A stretch of DNA of 64,000 bases from an uncultured cyanobacterium (GCA_963706595.1 OY970166.1:4768001-4832000), one strand, 5' to 3'. Shown: positions 32,174 to 43,258, counted from the first letter of the stretch. Made by a program: numbers and translations. Notes: generated by a model not told the origin, from the letters alone.

Positions 32174-34039
32174 TTACTTCTTTGTCTCTCTGCGTTCTCT
32201 GTGTCTCTGTGATTCGTTATCTAAATATTTTTCATAAATTGCAAAGCTTTGTTTGGGTAGGCTTAATTCTTGATATACTTTAGCTTTTTCTGGCAAATGT
32301 GAACCTTTACCTAACCACTTTGTTTCAGCAGAGTCTAAGATTTTAACCCAATTTTTATCTGTGAATTCTTGGCTAAATGTAATATCGCAGTTATTGAAGT
32401 TCATTGCACAAAATATTTGGTTTTCTTGGCTAGATTTAAACCATGTAATCAGCTTTTTGTCTTCATCACAGTCTATTTGTAAGTTTTCTCGTTCGCGTTT
32501 CAATAAGGCGGGTTTTTGGCTGCGTATTTGAATCAGTTTTTTGTAGAAGTATAATAAAACTTGATGTTTGCCTGATTGGCGTTTGTCCCAATTCAGCTTA
32601 CAATTTTTAAAGGTGTTAGGTGATTCTGGATCTGGTGGTTCTCCTTGAGTATGAAAAGCCAAAAACTCTTGTTTACGTCCTGCTCTCACTGCTTTAATTA
32701 AATCTGGGTCTGAGTGACTGACAAAATATGTAAATGGTGATTCTTCACCATATTCTTCTCCCATAAATAACAGGGGAATGTAAGGAGAAAGTAATACTAC
32801 GCCAGCAGCTAATTTTAAAGATTCAAAATCTACTAATTGTGATAATCTTTCGCCTAAAACTCTGTTACCTATTTGGTCATGATTTTGGTTGGCTACTATA
32901 AATTGCGAGGGAGAGCGATCGCCTGCATAATTTCCGTGGTATCGTTGGCGATAATGGGAATATTTCCAGTCGTAAACAAAGCTGTCTTTGTAGGCTTTAG
33001 CTAAATGTTCACACTTGCCAAAGTCGGCGTAATAACCAGTGCGATCGCCTGTCAATAAACTATATAATGAATGATGAAAATCATCACTCCATTGAGCATC
33101 AATTCCATAACCGCCTAACTCAAAAGATCGAATTACTTTAGGGTCATTTAAATCACTTTCAGCAATTAAATAAAGTTTGCGTCCCAGTTGCTGAGAAAGT
33201 GTAGCCACATTTTCTGAAAGTTCCGCTAAAAAGTGTTTTGCACCCAAATCGTAAATCGCATGAATTGCATCTAAGCGTAAAGCATCAATATGAAATTTGT
33301 CTAGCCAATACAGTGCATTTTGAATAAAAAACTGGCGCACATCATAACTATAAGCATCATCAAAATTAATCGCACTTCCCCAAGGAGTATGATAGGTTTC
33401 TGTAAAATAAGGGGCGAAGCAACTGGTGTAATTACCTTCTGGTCCAAAGTGGTTATAAACCACATCTAAAATTACAGCTATTCCTTGTTGGTGACAAGCA
33501 TCAACTAATTGCTTTAACTGATTAGGTTCACCATAAGAATTCTGCACAGCAAAGGGATAAACCCCATCATAACCCCAATTCCGGTCGCCGGGAAATTGAG
33601 CCACTGGCATGATTTCAATAGCATTTATCCCTAAATCTCGTAAATCTGAAAGTCGGGGAATAATCGCAGCCAAGGTTCCTTCTAGGGTGAAAGTACCAAC
33701 GTGCAATTCATACATAATCATGGTTTCTAAAGCAATACCAGACCAATTTCTGTCACTCCAAACAAAGCTGTGATTTATGACTTGGGAGGGTCCATGTACA
33801 TCGAGAGGTTGAAAATTTGATGCGGGGTCAGGTCTAGATTCACTATTATTTAATTGATAGAAATAAAGTGTTCCTGGTTCAATATCTCTAGCGATAACTT
33901 GCCAATATCCCCCTTCTTGGCGCATAGGTAGTAAGCGCTGGTCAGGAGAAACAATTTCTAAGGCGACGCTTTCTAAATGCGGTCCCCAAACTGTAAATTC
34001 ACAAATACTTTCACCTAGATAATGAGCGCCAATTTTCAT
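32174..34039 (-). CDS. treZ: Malto-oligosyltrehalose trehalohydrolase
   Basis: YELHVGTFT, NWGYDGV, LRLDAIHAI, QNHDQIGNR. Confidence 0.96.
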   Translation of the reverse strand: MKIGAHYLGESICEFTVWGPHLESVALEIVSPDQRLLPMRQEGGYWQVIARDIEPGTLYFYQLNNSESRPDPASNFQPLDVHGPSQVINHSFVWSDRNWSGIALETMIMYELHVGTFTLEGTLAAIIPRLSDLRDLGINAIEIMPVAQFPGDRNWGYDGVYPFAVQNSYGEPNQLKQLVDACHQQGIAVILDVVYNHFGPEGNYTSCFAPYFTETYHTPWGSAINFDDAYSYDVRQFFIQNALYWLDKFHIDALRLDAIHAIYDLGAKHFLAELSENVATLSQQLGRKLYLIAESDLNDPKVIRSFELGGYGIDAQWSDDFHHSLYSLLTGDRTGYYADFGKCEHLAKAYKDSFVYDWKYSHYRQRYHGNYAGDRSPSQFIVANQNHDQIGNRVLGERLSQLVDFESLKLAAGVVLLSPYIPLLFMGEEYGEESPFTYFVSHSDPDLIKAVRAGRKQEFLAFHTQGEPPDPESPNTFKNCKLNWDKRQSGKHQVLLYFYKKLIQIRSQKPALLKRERENLQIDCDEDKKLITWFKSSQENQIFCAMNFNNCDITFSQEFTDKNWVKILDSAETKWLGKGSHLPEKAKVYQELSLPKQSFAIYEKYLDNESQRHRERRETKK

Positions 34040-34085
34040 AATAAAAGAGAGGACTAAAGTCCTCACTACAAGCTTGTGCAAATTT

Positions 34086-36212
34086 TTAGGCGAGACGACG
34101 AAGCAAAACAAGCGATCGCTCCATTAATGCTACACTTTGATCACCTGTAAAAAACTTCCCTGGTAGGACGAAACGCGGTTGATTAGTGTCAATAATCATC
34201 TCCCATGCTCGTTCCTTAAAACCACTGGGTAGCGAAAAATCAATAAGTTCATAATGAGCGTTATAAAATAGTAAAAAACTCTCATCAATAATTCGCTCAC
34301 CATGAGGTCCTGGAGTCGCAATTCCTTCACCATTTAAGAAAATACCCATAACTTTGGCATAATTAACTAACCACTGCTCATCAGTCATTTCACTACCATC
34401 AGCATTAAACCAACTAATATCACCAATACCAAAACCATAAATGGGTTCACCTTGAAACCACTTGCGCCGTCGAAATACTGGATGCTGATGGCGGAAATAA
34501 ATTAATTCCCGCGTAAAATTTAATAAATCCGCATTTGATGCTTGCAAATCCCAATTTAGCCAGGAAATCTCATTATCTTGGCAATAAGGATTATTATTAC
34601 CTTTGTGACTAAAGCCTAGTTCATCTCCCCCCAGCAGCATCGGTACACCCTGAGACAACATCAAAGTTGCTAAAAAATTACGTCTTTGACGTTCCCGCAA
34701 ACGTAATATTTCTGGGTCATTAGTATCACCTTCTACACCACAATTCCAAGAATTGTTGTGATTTTCCCCATCTTGATTATCTTCTTTGTTCGCCTCGTTG
34801 TGCTTTTCGTTATAACTGACCAAATCATTCAGCGTAAAACCATCGTGGGCAGTGATAAAATTAATACTTGCACTCGGACTGCGCCCATTTGTTTGATACA
34901 AGTCAGGACTACCCGTAAAAGAGTAAGCAAACTGCCCCAGGCTGTTCTCTGCACCCCGCCAAAAAGCCCGCGCCGTATCCCTATATCTGCCATTCCACTC
35001 TGACCACCGCAGAGGGAAATTACCCACTTGATAACCGCCATCTCCCACATCCCAAGGTTCAGCAATTAGCTTCACATCTGCCAATACTGGGTCTTGATGA
35101 ATAATATCAAAGAACGCGGCTAGGCTATCTACTTCATATAATTCCCGCGCTAACGCCGAAGCCAAATCAAAGCGAAAGCCATCGACGTGCATTTCTGTTA
35201 CCCAATAGCGCAAGCTATCCATGATTAATTTCAAGACTTGGGCATGGCGTACATTCAAAGAGTTACCACAGCCTGTAAAATCCATGTAGTAACGGGGGTT
35301 ATCCTTAACTAGGCGGTAGTATACAGAATTATCAATACCTCGCAGGGACAACGTTGGTCCGAAATGATTACCTTCACCAGTGTGGTTATAAACGACATCC
35401 AAAATTACTTCAATTCCAGCAAAATGCAGATTTTTAACCATCTGCTTAAATTCAGTGACTTGCTCTCCTAATGTTCCACTAGAACTATAACTAGAATGGG
35501 GGGTGAAATAGTTGATAGAATCGTAACCCCAGTAATTACTTAATCCTTTTTCTACTAAATGTCCCGGAAAGCAGAAAAACTGATGCACTGGCATTAATTC
35601 CACGGCGGTAATTCCTAGTTGCTGGAGATGTTTAATTACAGCCGGATGTGCTAATCCTGCATAAGTCCCCCGCAGTTCTTCGGGAATATCTGGGTGTAGT
35701 TTAGTTAAGCCCTTAACGTGGGTTTCATAAATAATCGTTTCGTGCCACGGTCTATATAAAGGTTGGTCATCTTCCCAATCAAAAGACTCATCTACAACAA
35801 CACACTTTGGCATCATTTCGGCATTATCTAAATTGGAAAAAGCTAAATCTGGTTCAGGATCATCCCAAGCATAACCAAAAATAGCTCGACTATGCTTAAT
35901 TTCGCCATCAATTGCTTTAGCATAGGGGTCAATTAGCAGTTTATTGGGGTTAAAGCGATGACCAGTTTCTGGGGACCAAGGACCATGGACTCGAAAGCCA
36001 TATCTTTGTCCTGGGCTGATTCCTGGAACATAACCGTGCCAAACAAAATTATTTTTTTCACTCAGAGGTAAACGAATTTCATGATCTTTTTCATCAAATA
36101 AACACACGTCTACCCCTGTGGCATTTTCGGAAAATAAGGCAAAGTTTGTGCCTTTACCGTCCCAACTAGCGCCTAAAGGATATACGTTACCCGGCCATAG
36201 TGCTACATACAT
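34086..36212 (-). CDS. glgX: Glycogen debranching enzyme GlgX/TreX
   Basis: NYWGYD, DVVYNHTGEG, DGFRFDLA, AEPWD, TAHDGFTL. Confidence 0.96.
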   Translation of the reverse strand: MYVALWPGNVYPLGASWDGKGTNFALFSENATGVDVCLFDEKDHEIRLPLSEKNNFVWHGYVPGISPGQRYGFRVHGPWSPETGHRFNPNKLLIDPYAKAIDGEIKHSRAIFGYAWDDPEPDLAFSNLDNAEMMPKCVVVDESFDWEDDQPLYRPWHETIIYETHVKGLTKLHPDIPEELRGTYAGLAHPAVIKHLQQLGITAVELMPVHQFFCFPGHLVEKGLSNYWGYDSINYFTPHSSYSSSGTLGEQVTEFKQMVKNLHFAGIEVILDVVYNHTGEGNHFGPTLSLRGIDNSVYYRLVKDNPRYYMDFTGCGNSLNVRHAQVLKLIMDSLRYWVTEMHVDGFRFDLASALARELYEVDSLAAFFDIIHQDPVLADVKLIAEPWDVGDGGYQVGNFPLRWSEWNGRYRDTARAFWRGAENSLGQFAYSFTGSPDLYQTNGRSPSASINFITAHDGFTLNDLVSYNEKHNEANKEDNQDGENHNNSWNCGVEGDTNDPEILRLRERQRRNFLATLMLSQGVPMLLGGDELGFSHKGNNNPYCQDNEISWLNWDLQASNADLLNFTRELIYFRHQHPVFRRRKWFQGEPIYGFGIGDISWFNADGSEMTDEQWLVNYAKVMGIFLNGEGIATPGPHGERIIDESFLLFYNAHYELIDFSLPSGFKERAWEMIIDTNQPRFVLPGKFFTGDQSVALMERSLVLLRRLA

Positions 36213-36808
36213 AGTTTTTAACTGTGAATAACCAAGTCTGGTGAAGATAATTTCACTTTTTTAGCAAGTCTTAAAGAACCTCACCCCAACCCTCTCCTTA
36301 GTAAGGAGAGGGAGTATGAAACTGAGCTACTCCCGTGTATTGATGAGTTTATGTAGGTGTAGTTGAAGAACAAACAGAATAATGCTAATTTGAATTTAAC
36401 TCGGAAATAATGCTTTTTATTCCATCAGTAGGAGGAACCATTATTTAATAATAAGGTGCTAGGAAGTAGATTTATGTAAATGCTTTTAGTATGCAAGATT
36501 ACAAAATAAATTAACTTAAAAACTTATACGATAAACTCAAAGATCCCCGACTTCTTCAAGAAGTCGGGGATCTGAACCTCGCGAGTTATCTGATTTTTAA
36601 TCTTGCGTCTCAAATAAACTGGTATTCACAAAAATTTTTCCGGGTTAAATCCTCTAAATAATTAGACATAAATCTTAAATATCTATCTTAAGATTGTCAT
36701 AAAAACGGGATCTAATTTTGTAATCTTAGTCAGAGTGTTTTTAATCTAAAAGCTGTAAAAAAATAGCTATAAAAAAAATAAAAGCTAATCGCTTAAGGAG
36801 AAAGGAAG

Positions 36809-37777
36809 ATGCCACGACCGATTAAAAATTCAGTCATCGTCATTACAGGTGCATCATCAGGTATTGGACGCGCCACAGCCCTGGAGTTTGCCAAAAAACG
36901 GGCAACACTAGTGTTAGCAGCACGGAATGAAAAAGCTTTAGAAGAGGTAGCCCAAGAATGTCAACACTTGGGTGCAATTGCTGTGGCTATACGAACCGAT
37001 GTCAGTAGAGAGTCAGCAGTTCAAGACTTAGTACATGGCGCAATTTCTAACTTTGGCAGAATTGATGTTTGGGTGAATAACGCCGCAGTCAGTTTATTTG
37101 CGCGCTTTGAAGAAGCACCCCCGGATCTTTTCCGTCAAGTCATTGAAACAAATTTATTTGGTTACATTTATGGTGCGCGTGCTGTTTTACCGCACTTCCG
37201 GGAACAAGGTAGCGGTAATTTAATTAATGTTTCTTCGGTGGTTGGCGCAACTGGTCAGGCATACACCAGCCCTTATACTATCAGTAAATATGCTATTCGT
37301 GGTCTTTCCGATTCTCTACGGATGGAGTTGTATTTAGATAATGCCAGAGATATTCATGTCTGCACAGTATTACCTGGTTCCATAGATACCCCAATTTTTC
37401 AACACGCAGCTAATTACACTGGTCGTCAAACTAAGGCAATGTCCCCTGTATACCCAGCCAAACAAGTAGCTGAGGCTATTGTGGGGTTAGTGGATAAACC
37501 AGAGCGAGAAATTGTCGTTGGTCAAGCTGTATACTTGATGCTTTTACAGAAAACCTTAGCGCCTGACCTTTTTGAACCGATGATGGCCAAGCAAGTTGAC
37601 CAAGATCACTTTCAGGATCACAAACCAGCACCTCTGAGTGATGGCAATGTCTTTGAGTCTACGCACGATTATACAGGCATTAGTGGCAATTGGATAGGTA
37701 CTGGCGGTATCACATCCCAAGATGTTTGGGATATGGCTAGAGAGACAGCACAAAAAATTGGTTTACCTCTTTCTTAA
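36809..37777 (+). CDS. Short-chain dehydrogenase/reductase
   Basis: TGASSGIG, NNA, YTISK (YxxxK). Confidence 0.94.
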   Translation: MPRPIKNSVIVITGASSGIGRATALEFAKKRATLVLAARNEKALEEVAQECQHLGAIAVAIRTDVSRESAVQDLVHGAISNFGRIDVWVNNAAVSLFARFEEAPPDLFRQVIETNLFGYIYGARAVLPHFREQGSGNLINVSSVVGATGQAYTSPYTISKYAIRGLSDSLRMELYLDNARDIHVCTVLPGSIDTPIFQHAANYTGRQTKAMSPVYPAKQVAEAIVGLVDKPEREIVVGQAVYLMLLQKTLAPDLFEPMMAKQVDQDHFQDHKPAPLSDGNVFESTHDYTGISGNWIGTGGITSQDVWDMARETAQKIGLPLS

Positions 37778-37799
37778 AGCAGAGACTCCCCCAAAAAAT

Positions 37800-37988
37800 A
37801 TGAGCCTACATCAAGGGAGATTACAGAGTCAATATACCATCGTTGATGGTTTATCGATGCACGCGCGGGTATCAGCCGAACCAGTAGATGCGCCCGTAGT
37901 CATTTTGGTGCATGGACTTGTGGTTTCTAGTAGTTACATGATACCGACTGCGGAGTTACTAGCAACTGATTACCGAGTACCCCTGTAG
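37800..37988 (+). pseudogene. Truncated alpha/beta hydrolase N-terminus
   Basis: VVILVHGL...LATDYRV, then a stop exactly at a palindromic repeat; no GxSxG region follows. Confidence 0.7.
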
Positions 37989-38016
37989 TAGGGGTTTAGC
38001 ATTGCTAAACCCCTAC
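37988..38016. repeat. GTAG-family REP-like palindrome
   Basis: GTAGGGGTTTAGCA-T-TGCTAAACCCCTAC. Confidence 0.85.
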
Positions 38017-38226
38017 GAAATATGTGCTTTTTAGTGTTATACATATTTGGGATTTATTTTCAATGTGTAAGTCCTAAAAGTATGAAATGCCAAAATTACC
38101 TTTCTTCTTCTTCGTACCTTTGCGCCTTTGCGCCTTTGCGCCTAACGTACTTCGTGCTTCGCTTCGCTAATGCGTGAAACAAATTCATATTTGAAATCAG
38201 CAACACCTGGAATAGTTATAAATTTA

Positions 38227-40458
38227 CTATTTACGGTAACAAATAAGCTGCTGCATAACTTGCTCACGCAGTTTTTTATCTTGAATCAATTGAGCAACAT
38301 GCACAGCTTGATTATAGTCACCAACTTGAGCTTTTAGCAAAGCGATTTTTTCTAAAGAACTAGCCCGGTCACTATCATCATCTACCACTGTAACATCTGG
38401 GGGAGTACGAAAAGTTAAAACCCGTGATTCTGGATCAGGAATAGTTTTCGCTGCGGCCAAAGCTAAATCCAAAATATACTTTGCTAATTTAACTTTTTCA
38501 GCGCGAATATAAGTTTCAGCTACCGTTATCAAGGCGCTAGTTTTAGTTTCTGGAACTTTCACATTTTGATTCATCTCTTTGACAATATCAATTGCTTCTC
38601 CACCATTTTCAATAGATATTTTCGCCAATTCTAGCAGCTTGTAACTTCTTGTTTCTGTAGGGATCGCTTTTACAATCTGCAACGCCGCCGAATATTGTTT
38701 AGCTGCAATCAAAGAGTCTGCTATTCTTAGTAATTGTTCTTCAGGCGGAGAAGAATTTTTCTCAGTGGTAATAGACTTAATAGCTTCACCAATAAATTGA
38801 TTTCCCTGTTGCTGATTTTGCAGTTTAAAAAAAGCCTGGGCAACACTTGCTAAACCCACAGCCCGTTGTGCAGGGGCTAATTTTCTGGCTTCGTTAACAG
38901 CCTGAGTTAATATTTTATCTGTTTGTGGAGTTTTTCCAGATCCACTAGCAATTAATGCTAAAGTATCCACTCGATAGGGTAAACTACCAGCGTTACTAAT
39001 TTGCTGAGTAATAGCTAGAGCTTTATCTATTTGTTTATTTTGGGCATAGCCATAAGCCACTTTTTGCAAAAGTTTATGACGTTGCTCAATCTCAGCTTGA
39101 TCTAAACTTTGAGCAGCTTGTAAAGTTACTTCCATTTTACCAGCTTTAATTGCTGCATCTGCAATTCGTAATAACCAGTTTTCTCTGCCTATAAATTCAT
39201 GTACTTTCGTATGATGCCATAAATCAAAAGCTAGTTTATATTGTTGGTCATTAATGGCGTTTGCCAATATATTCTGTACATATCCTATTGAGTCTAAACC
39301 CTCTGGTGTTTGAAGTAGGGGAATCATTTCCTTAATAATTTTATCGGCTGTTTGCACCTGTCCAGCTTTACTGTATTCGTTGGCAATAATACCCAGGGTA
39401 ACTGCTTGTTGTTCAGGAATTTGCAGTTGTTTGGCTGCTGCATAAGCTGCATCTCTCTGCCCTCTTCTAGCATAAAGTTGGATTAACGGTGCTTGAGCAT
39501 AATTAGCATTACCATCATTACCAGCTACTTGAAGTGCCGCATTAAAAGCTGATGCTGCTAGTTTGTCTTGTCGTTGATTACTAAAAGCTAGGGCAATTTC
39601 TACCAGACTTTGAGATTTAAACTCAGATGTTTGAATATTTTGAGCTTGCTTTTGTGCAGCTGCTAATTGATTTGTCTTAGCTAACTGCTTGACTACTTCA
39701 AATAATATCCGGGAACGGGAATAGGTTTGTGATATTCCTGGAACTATTTGTAAAGCACTTTCAGTTTTACCCAATTGTGCATAAGTAATAGCAATAGGTT
39801 CTAATACCCAAATTTGACGCAGAGGATTTTTAGTTTCAATTCGTCGGGCAAATTGTAGGGACTGATTTAAAATACTTTCAGCCTGGGCTGTTTGTTTAAA
39901 ACCCAGATATTCTTGGGCAATGGGAGTTAATGCTTTCGTTTTAAACTCGTTTCCTTGAATAAATTTACTGGTTGCTAATGCTTGGGGCAGCAATGATACA
40001 GACTGTGAGTAATTAGCAATTCTGGTTAAACTTTTGGTTTTAACAAAACTGTAACCACTATTTAAACTTTGTGTCAGGCGCGTCAGTGAAGTTAATAAAT
40101 TATTTACTTGGGCTTTTTGGCTAGGTTCTGCTTGTTGCACTAATTTTCCTAACAGTGAATCCTGAACTACTTGACTATCTAGCAGTAGGTTGAGAAAATT
40201 GCTTGTCAGTCTAGGATTATTGGCTGTGAGAGCAATTTGGATCGCTTGGCTAATTGACCCCACAGCTTGCTCATTTCTGCCACCACTAATCGCCTGTTCG
40301 GCATCCGATACCCGGCTGATAATTTGTAGCTCTATATTTTGCGGCTGACAATTGCTGGTTTGGGCTGATGTCGGTGCGGAAAAGGCTATATGAAAGGGAT
40401 CTAGTAATAATAAAAGTGATAGCGTCAGCAGCGAAAACTTGGCGTAATAATTGTTCAT
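38227..40458 (-). CDS. Exported TPR-like alpha-solenoid protein
   Basis: Signal peptide and many A/L/Q-rich helical repeats; 743 aa. Confidence 0.8.
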   Translation of the reverse strand: MNNYYAKFSLLTLSLLLLLDPFHIAFSAPTSAQTSNCQPQNIELQIISRVSDAEQAISGGRNEQAVGSISQAIQIALTANNPRLTSNFLNLLLDSQVVQDSLLGKLVQQAEPSQKAQVNNLLTSLTRLTQSLNSGYSFVKTKSLTRIANYSQSVSLLPQALATSKFIQGNEFKTKALTPIAQEYLGFKQTAQAESILNQSLQFARRIETKNPLRQIWVLEPIAITYAQLGKTESALQIVPGISQTYSRSRILFEVVKQLAKTNQLAAAQKQAQNIQTSEFKSQSLVEIALAFSNQRQDKLAASAFNAALQVAGNDGNANYAQAPLIQLYARRGQRDAAYAAAKQLQIPEQQAVTLGIIANEYSKAGQVQTADKIIKEMIPLLQTPEGLDSIGYVQNILANAINDQQYKLAFDLWHHTKVHEFIGRENWLLRIADAAIKAGKMEVTLQAAQSLDQAEIEQRHKLLQKVAYGYAQNKQIDKALAITQQISNAGSLPYRVDTLALIASGSGKTPQTDKILTQAVNEARKLAPAQRAVGLASVAQAFFKLQNQQQGNQFIGEAIKSITTEKNSSPPEEQLLRIADSLIAAKQYSAALQIVKAIPTETRSYKLLELAKISIENGGEAIDIVKEMNQNVKVPETKTSALITVAETYIRAEKVKLAKYILDLALAAAKTIPDPESRVLTFRTPPDVTVVDDDSDRASSLEKIALLKAQVGDYNQAVHVAQLIQDKKLREQVMQQLICYRK

Positions 40459-40630
40459 ATTGAGGATTTTCAGGTTTTGCGGATTCCTATATCTTTATAT
40501 ACAGTCTATTCTGTTGTGATTACGCCCAAGGACTCTAAAAAAAATCAGTTTCAATTTCCGAAACCGAACTGACAAAAGCTGTATATAAAGGCTATGTTAG
40601 TGTTTTAACAACAGCCGTACTGTAGCAGCT

Positions 40631-41581
40631 ATGGTCAAAGAGTTAGCGATTCGTACCTGTGGATTAACGAAGCAATTTGAGCGACACGTTGCTGTCAATG
40701 ATGTTGATTTAGAAATCCCAGGGGGTGAAGTGTATGGATTAATTGGTCCGAATGGGGCTGGTAAAACAAGTCTGATCCGGATGTTGGCGGCTGCGGAAGA
40801 ACCAACTATGGGTGAGATTTATATTAACGGCGATCGCCTGCGTCTTGACAAGAGTAATTCTCACCTCAAACGTCGCCTGGGCTACTTACCTGATGACTAT
40901 CCCTTATATGAAGATTTAACCGTCTGGGATTACTTAGATTATTTTGCCCGATTGTATCGTTTGCGGGAACCACGGCGCACTCAACGCTTACATCAAGTTT
41001 TAGAACTTATCCAACTGGAAAATAAACGTCATAGTCTGATTTCTACCCTATCACGGGGGATGAAACAGCGTTTGAGTTTAGCGCGGACGATTATTCATGA
41101 ACCCATTTTACTACTTTTAGATGAGCCTGTTTCTGGGCTTGATCCGATTGCGAGGATGCAGTTTCGCCAAATTATCAAATCCTTGCAAGAAGCCGGGATG
41201 ACAATTTTAATTTCTTCTCATGTTCTCAGTGATTTAGCCGAATTGTGTACTTCTGTCGGAATTATGGAATTGGGTTTTTTAGTAGAAAGTGCTTCATTGC
41301 AAGAACTTTACAAACGGCTTTCTCGACAACAACTTATTTTATCAACTCTGGGGAGTTTAAAATCTCTGGAGAGTGAATTAAAAAATTGTCCCTGGGTGAA
41401 CGAATGGGAGCAAATACCGGATAAAAACAGCTTGCGAGTTAATTTTTCGGGTACACAAGAAGATGCTGCTGATTTATTGCGATCGCTTATTGTTTCCGGT
41501 ATTCCCATAACTGATTTTCACTGCACTCAAGAAGACTTAGAAAGTATATTCTTGAAACTGGGACACAAACAAGCCTCTTAA
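40631..41581 (+). CDS. ABC-2 type transporter ATP-binding protein
   Basis: GPNGAGKT, LSRGMKQR, LLDEPVSGLD, SSH. Confidence 0.95.
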   Translation: MVKELAIRTCGLTKQFERHVAVNDVDLEIPGGEVYGLIGPNGAGKTSLIRMLAAAEEPTMGEIYINGDRLRLDKSNSHLKRRLGYLPDDYPLYEDLTVWDYLDYFARLYRLREPRRTQRLHQVLELIQLENKRHSLISTLSRGMKQRLSLARTIIHEPILLLLDEPVSGLDPIARMQFRQIIKSLQEAGMTILISSHVLSDLAELCTSVGIMELGFLVESASLQELYKRLSRQQLILSTLGSLKSLESELKNCPWVNEWEQIPDKNSLRVNFSGTQEDAADLLRSLIVSGIPITDFHCTQEDLESIFLKLGHKQAS

Positions 41582-41623
41582 TTCATCAAAAATGATCACT
41601 GTTTATTTTTGGAGTTGCTAATT

Positions 41624-43138
41624 ATGCTCAATTTCAAGTACAAACTAGGCGAATTAAACCCTCAATTCTTCCGAGAGATTAAAGGACGGTTAAAAAAAGC
41701 TAACGTTTTGTTAGTAGTATTTATATCTTTTGTATTTCAGTTTGTATTTTTAGCATTTGCCCTAGATGGGGAATTACAACTTGTTTATAATTGGCTCGGT
41801 GTGATTCAAATAATAGCCATTATCGTCTGTGGAACCTATGCACTCATCAATGATTTAGCTACCGAGGAACGGCGAACGACACTAAATTTTATTCGTCTGA
41901 GTCCCCAATCACCTCAAAGTATTTTTGTGGGTAAAATGCTAGGGGTTCCCATCCTGGGGAATATGTTCATATTACTGGCAATTCCTTTCCATGTATGGTT
42001 AGGTGTAAATGCAAAATTGCCCTTGAATCAAATTTTGTTTTTTTATGTAATTTTATTCGCTGCTAGTATTTTCTACTATAGTAGCGCCTTACTATTTAGC
42101 TTAGTAGGTTCTTGGTTAGGTCGTTCTCAAGCTTGGTTAGGAAGTGGCTTCCTCTCACTGTTTTTCATCTTTACTCAGAAAGATTTGCATGGTAGCGTAA
42201 CGGAGATACCAGCAATATTCAGGCTAATTAATCCCCAATATTTTATTCCTGATTCTGCCAACTATTTGATCTTTGCTGATTTCCATTGGTTCGGTCTACC
42301 ATTAGGAAAAAGTTTTATCATTACAGCCGTCTTTAGTTTATTAGTTTATTCCATGGGAATTTACTTTATTTGGCAATCTATAGAACGTTGCTATCATGCG
42401 CCTCATGCTACTATGTTGAGTAAAAAACAGAGTTATTTACTCACTACTAGCTTTACAGCGATTACGTTAGGATGCTCAACTACTCTAGATGCAGAAGCTT
42501 TATTAAGTTTAATATTTTTGAACTTTGGGCTGTTTTTCTATTTGATTGCGGCACTTACGCCGAATCGCCAAACCCTACAAGATTGGGCGAGATATCAGCA
42601 CATTTATAGTGTGAAACATCCCGGTAAGCACAAGTTAGTTAAGGATTTAATTTGGGGTGAAAAAAGTCCGGCTTTACTAGCGATCGCCATCAATGCTTTA
42701 ATTGTTCTTACCAGTTTAATTGCATTTATTGCTATTGCATCGAGTCAGGAAGTTGACAAAATTAATGCTTTGGCATCTGTCATTTTTACCTTTAGTTTAG
42801 TGGTTATCTATGCAGCCATAGCTCAACTACTTTTATTCATGAAAAATCAACAGAGATTATTATATACTAATACCGCGCTGGCTGTTTTAATTATCTTGCC
42901 ACCGATATTTTTATCTCTTTGGTTTTCCCATCCTGGGAACTTAACTTTACTGTGGTTTTTCTCGATATTTGCACCAACGATTTTCTTCTTCCCAGCAAAT
43001 GCTTCTTTAGGTGCAATGGTTCCTATTCTCGCAATGCTGGGACACCTGAGCATTTTAAGTTTATTGCTGTTCCAAATCAAGCGCCAATTGCAAAAAGCCG
43101 GAGAGTCAGCAACAAAGGCACTATTAACAGCAAATTAG
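41624..43138 (+). CDS. ABC-2 type permease-like membrane protein, paralog 1
   Basis: NPQFFREIKGRLK, EERRTTLNFIRLSPQ...GKMLG; multi-TM; follows the ATPase. Confidence 0.8.
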   Translation: MLNFKYKLGELNPQFFREIKGRLKKANVLLVVFISFVFQFVFLAFALDGELQLVYNWLGVIQIIAIIVCGTYALINDLATEERRTTLNFIRLSPQSPQSIFVGKMLGVPILGNMFILLAIPFHVWLGVNAKLPLNQILFFYVILFAASIFYYSSALLFSLVGSWLGRSQAWLGSGFLSLFFIFTQKDLHGSVTEIPAIFRLINPQYFIPDSANYLIFADFHWFGLPLGKSFIITAVFSLLVYSMGIYFIWQSIERCYHAPHATMLSKKQSYLLTTSFTAITLGCSTTLDAEALLSLIFLNFGLFFYLIAALTPNRQTLQDWARYQHIYSVKHPGKHKLVKDLIWGEKSPALLAIAINALIVLTSLIAFIAIASSQEVDKINALASVIFTFSLVVIYAAIAQLLLFMKNQQRLLYTNTALAVLIILPPIFLSLWFSHPGNLTLLWFFSIFAPTIFFFPANASLGAMVPILAMLGHLSILSLLLFQIKRQLQKAGESATKALLTAN

Positions 43139-43258
43139 CTGTGGACTGATTTTTAATGCAGTTCAAAAAGGCTGAGAAAGTATTTTTCTGAAGTTAGGAC
43201 ACAAACAAGCCTGTTCACCAGTCAATAATTATAAATAGCTATTTTTGGAGTTCCAATT

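Noticed and set aside
36489..36502. NtcA-like GTA-N8-TAC between glgX and the SDR gene
   Set aside because: Short motif expected by chance in AT-rich DNA, with no well-spaced -10 element.
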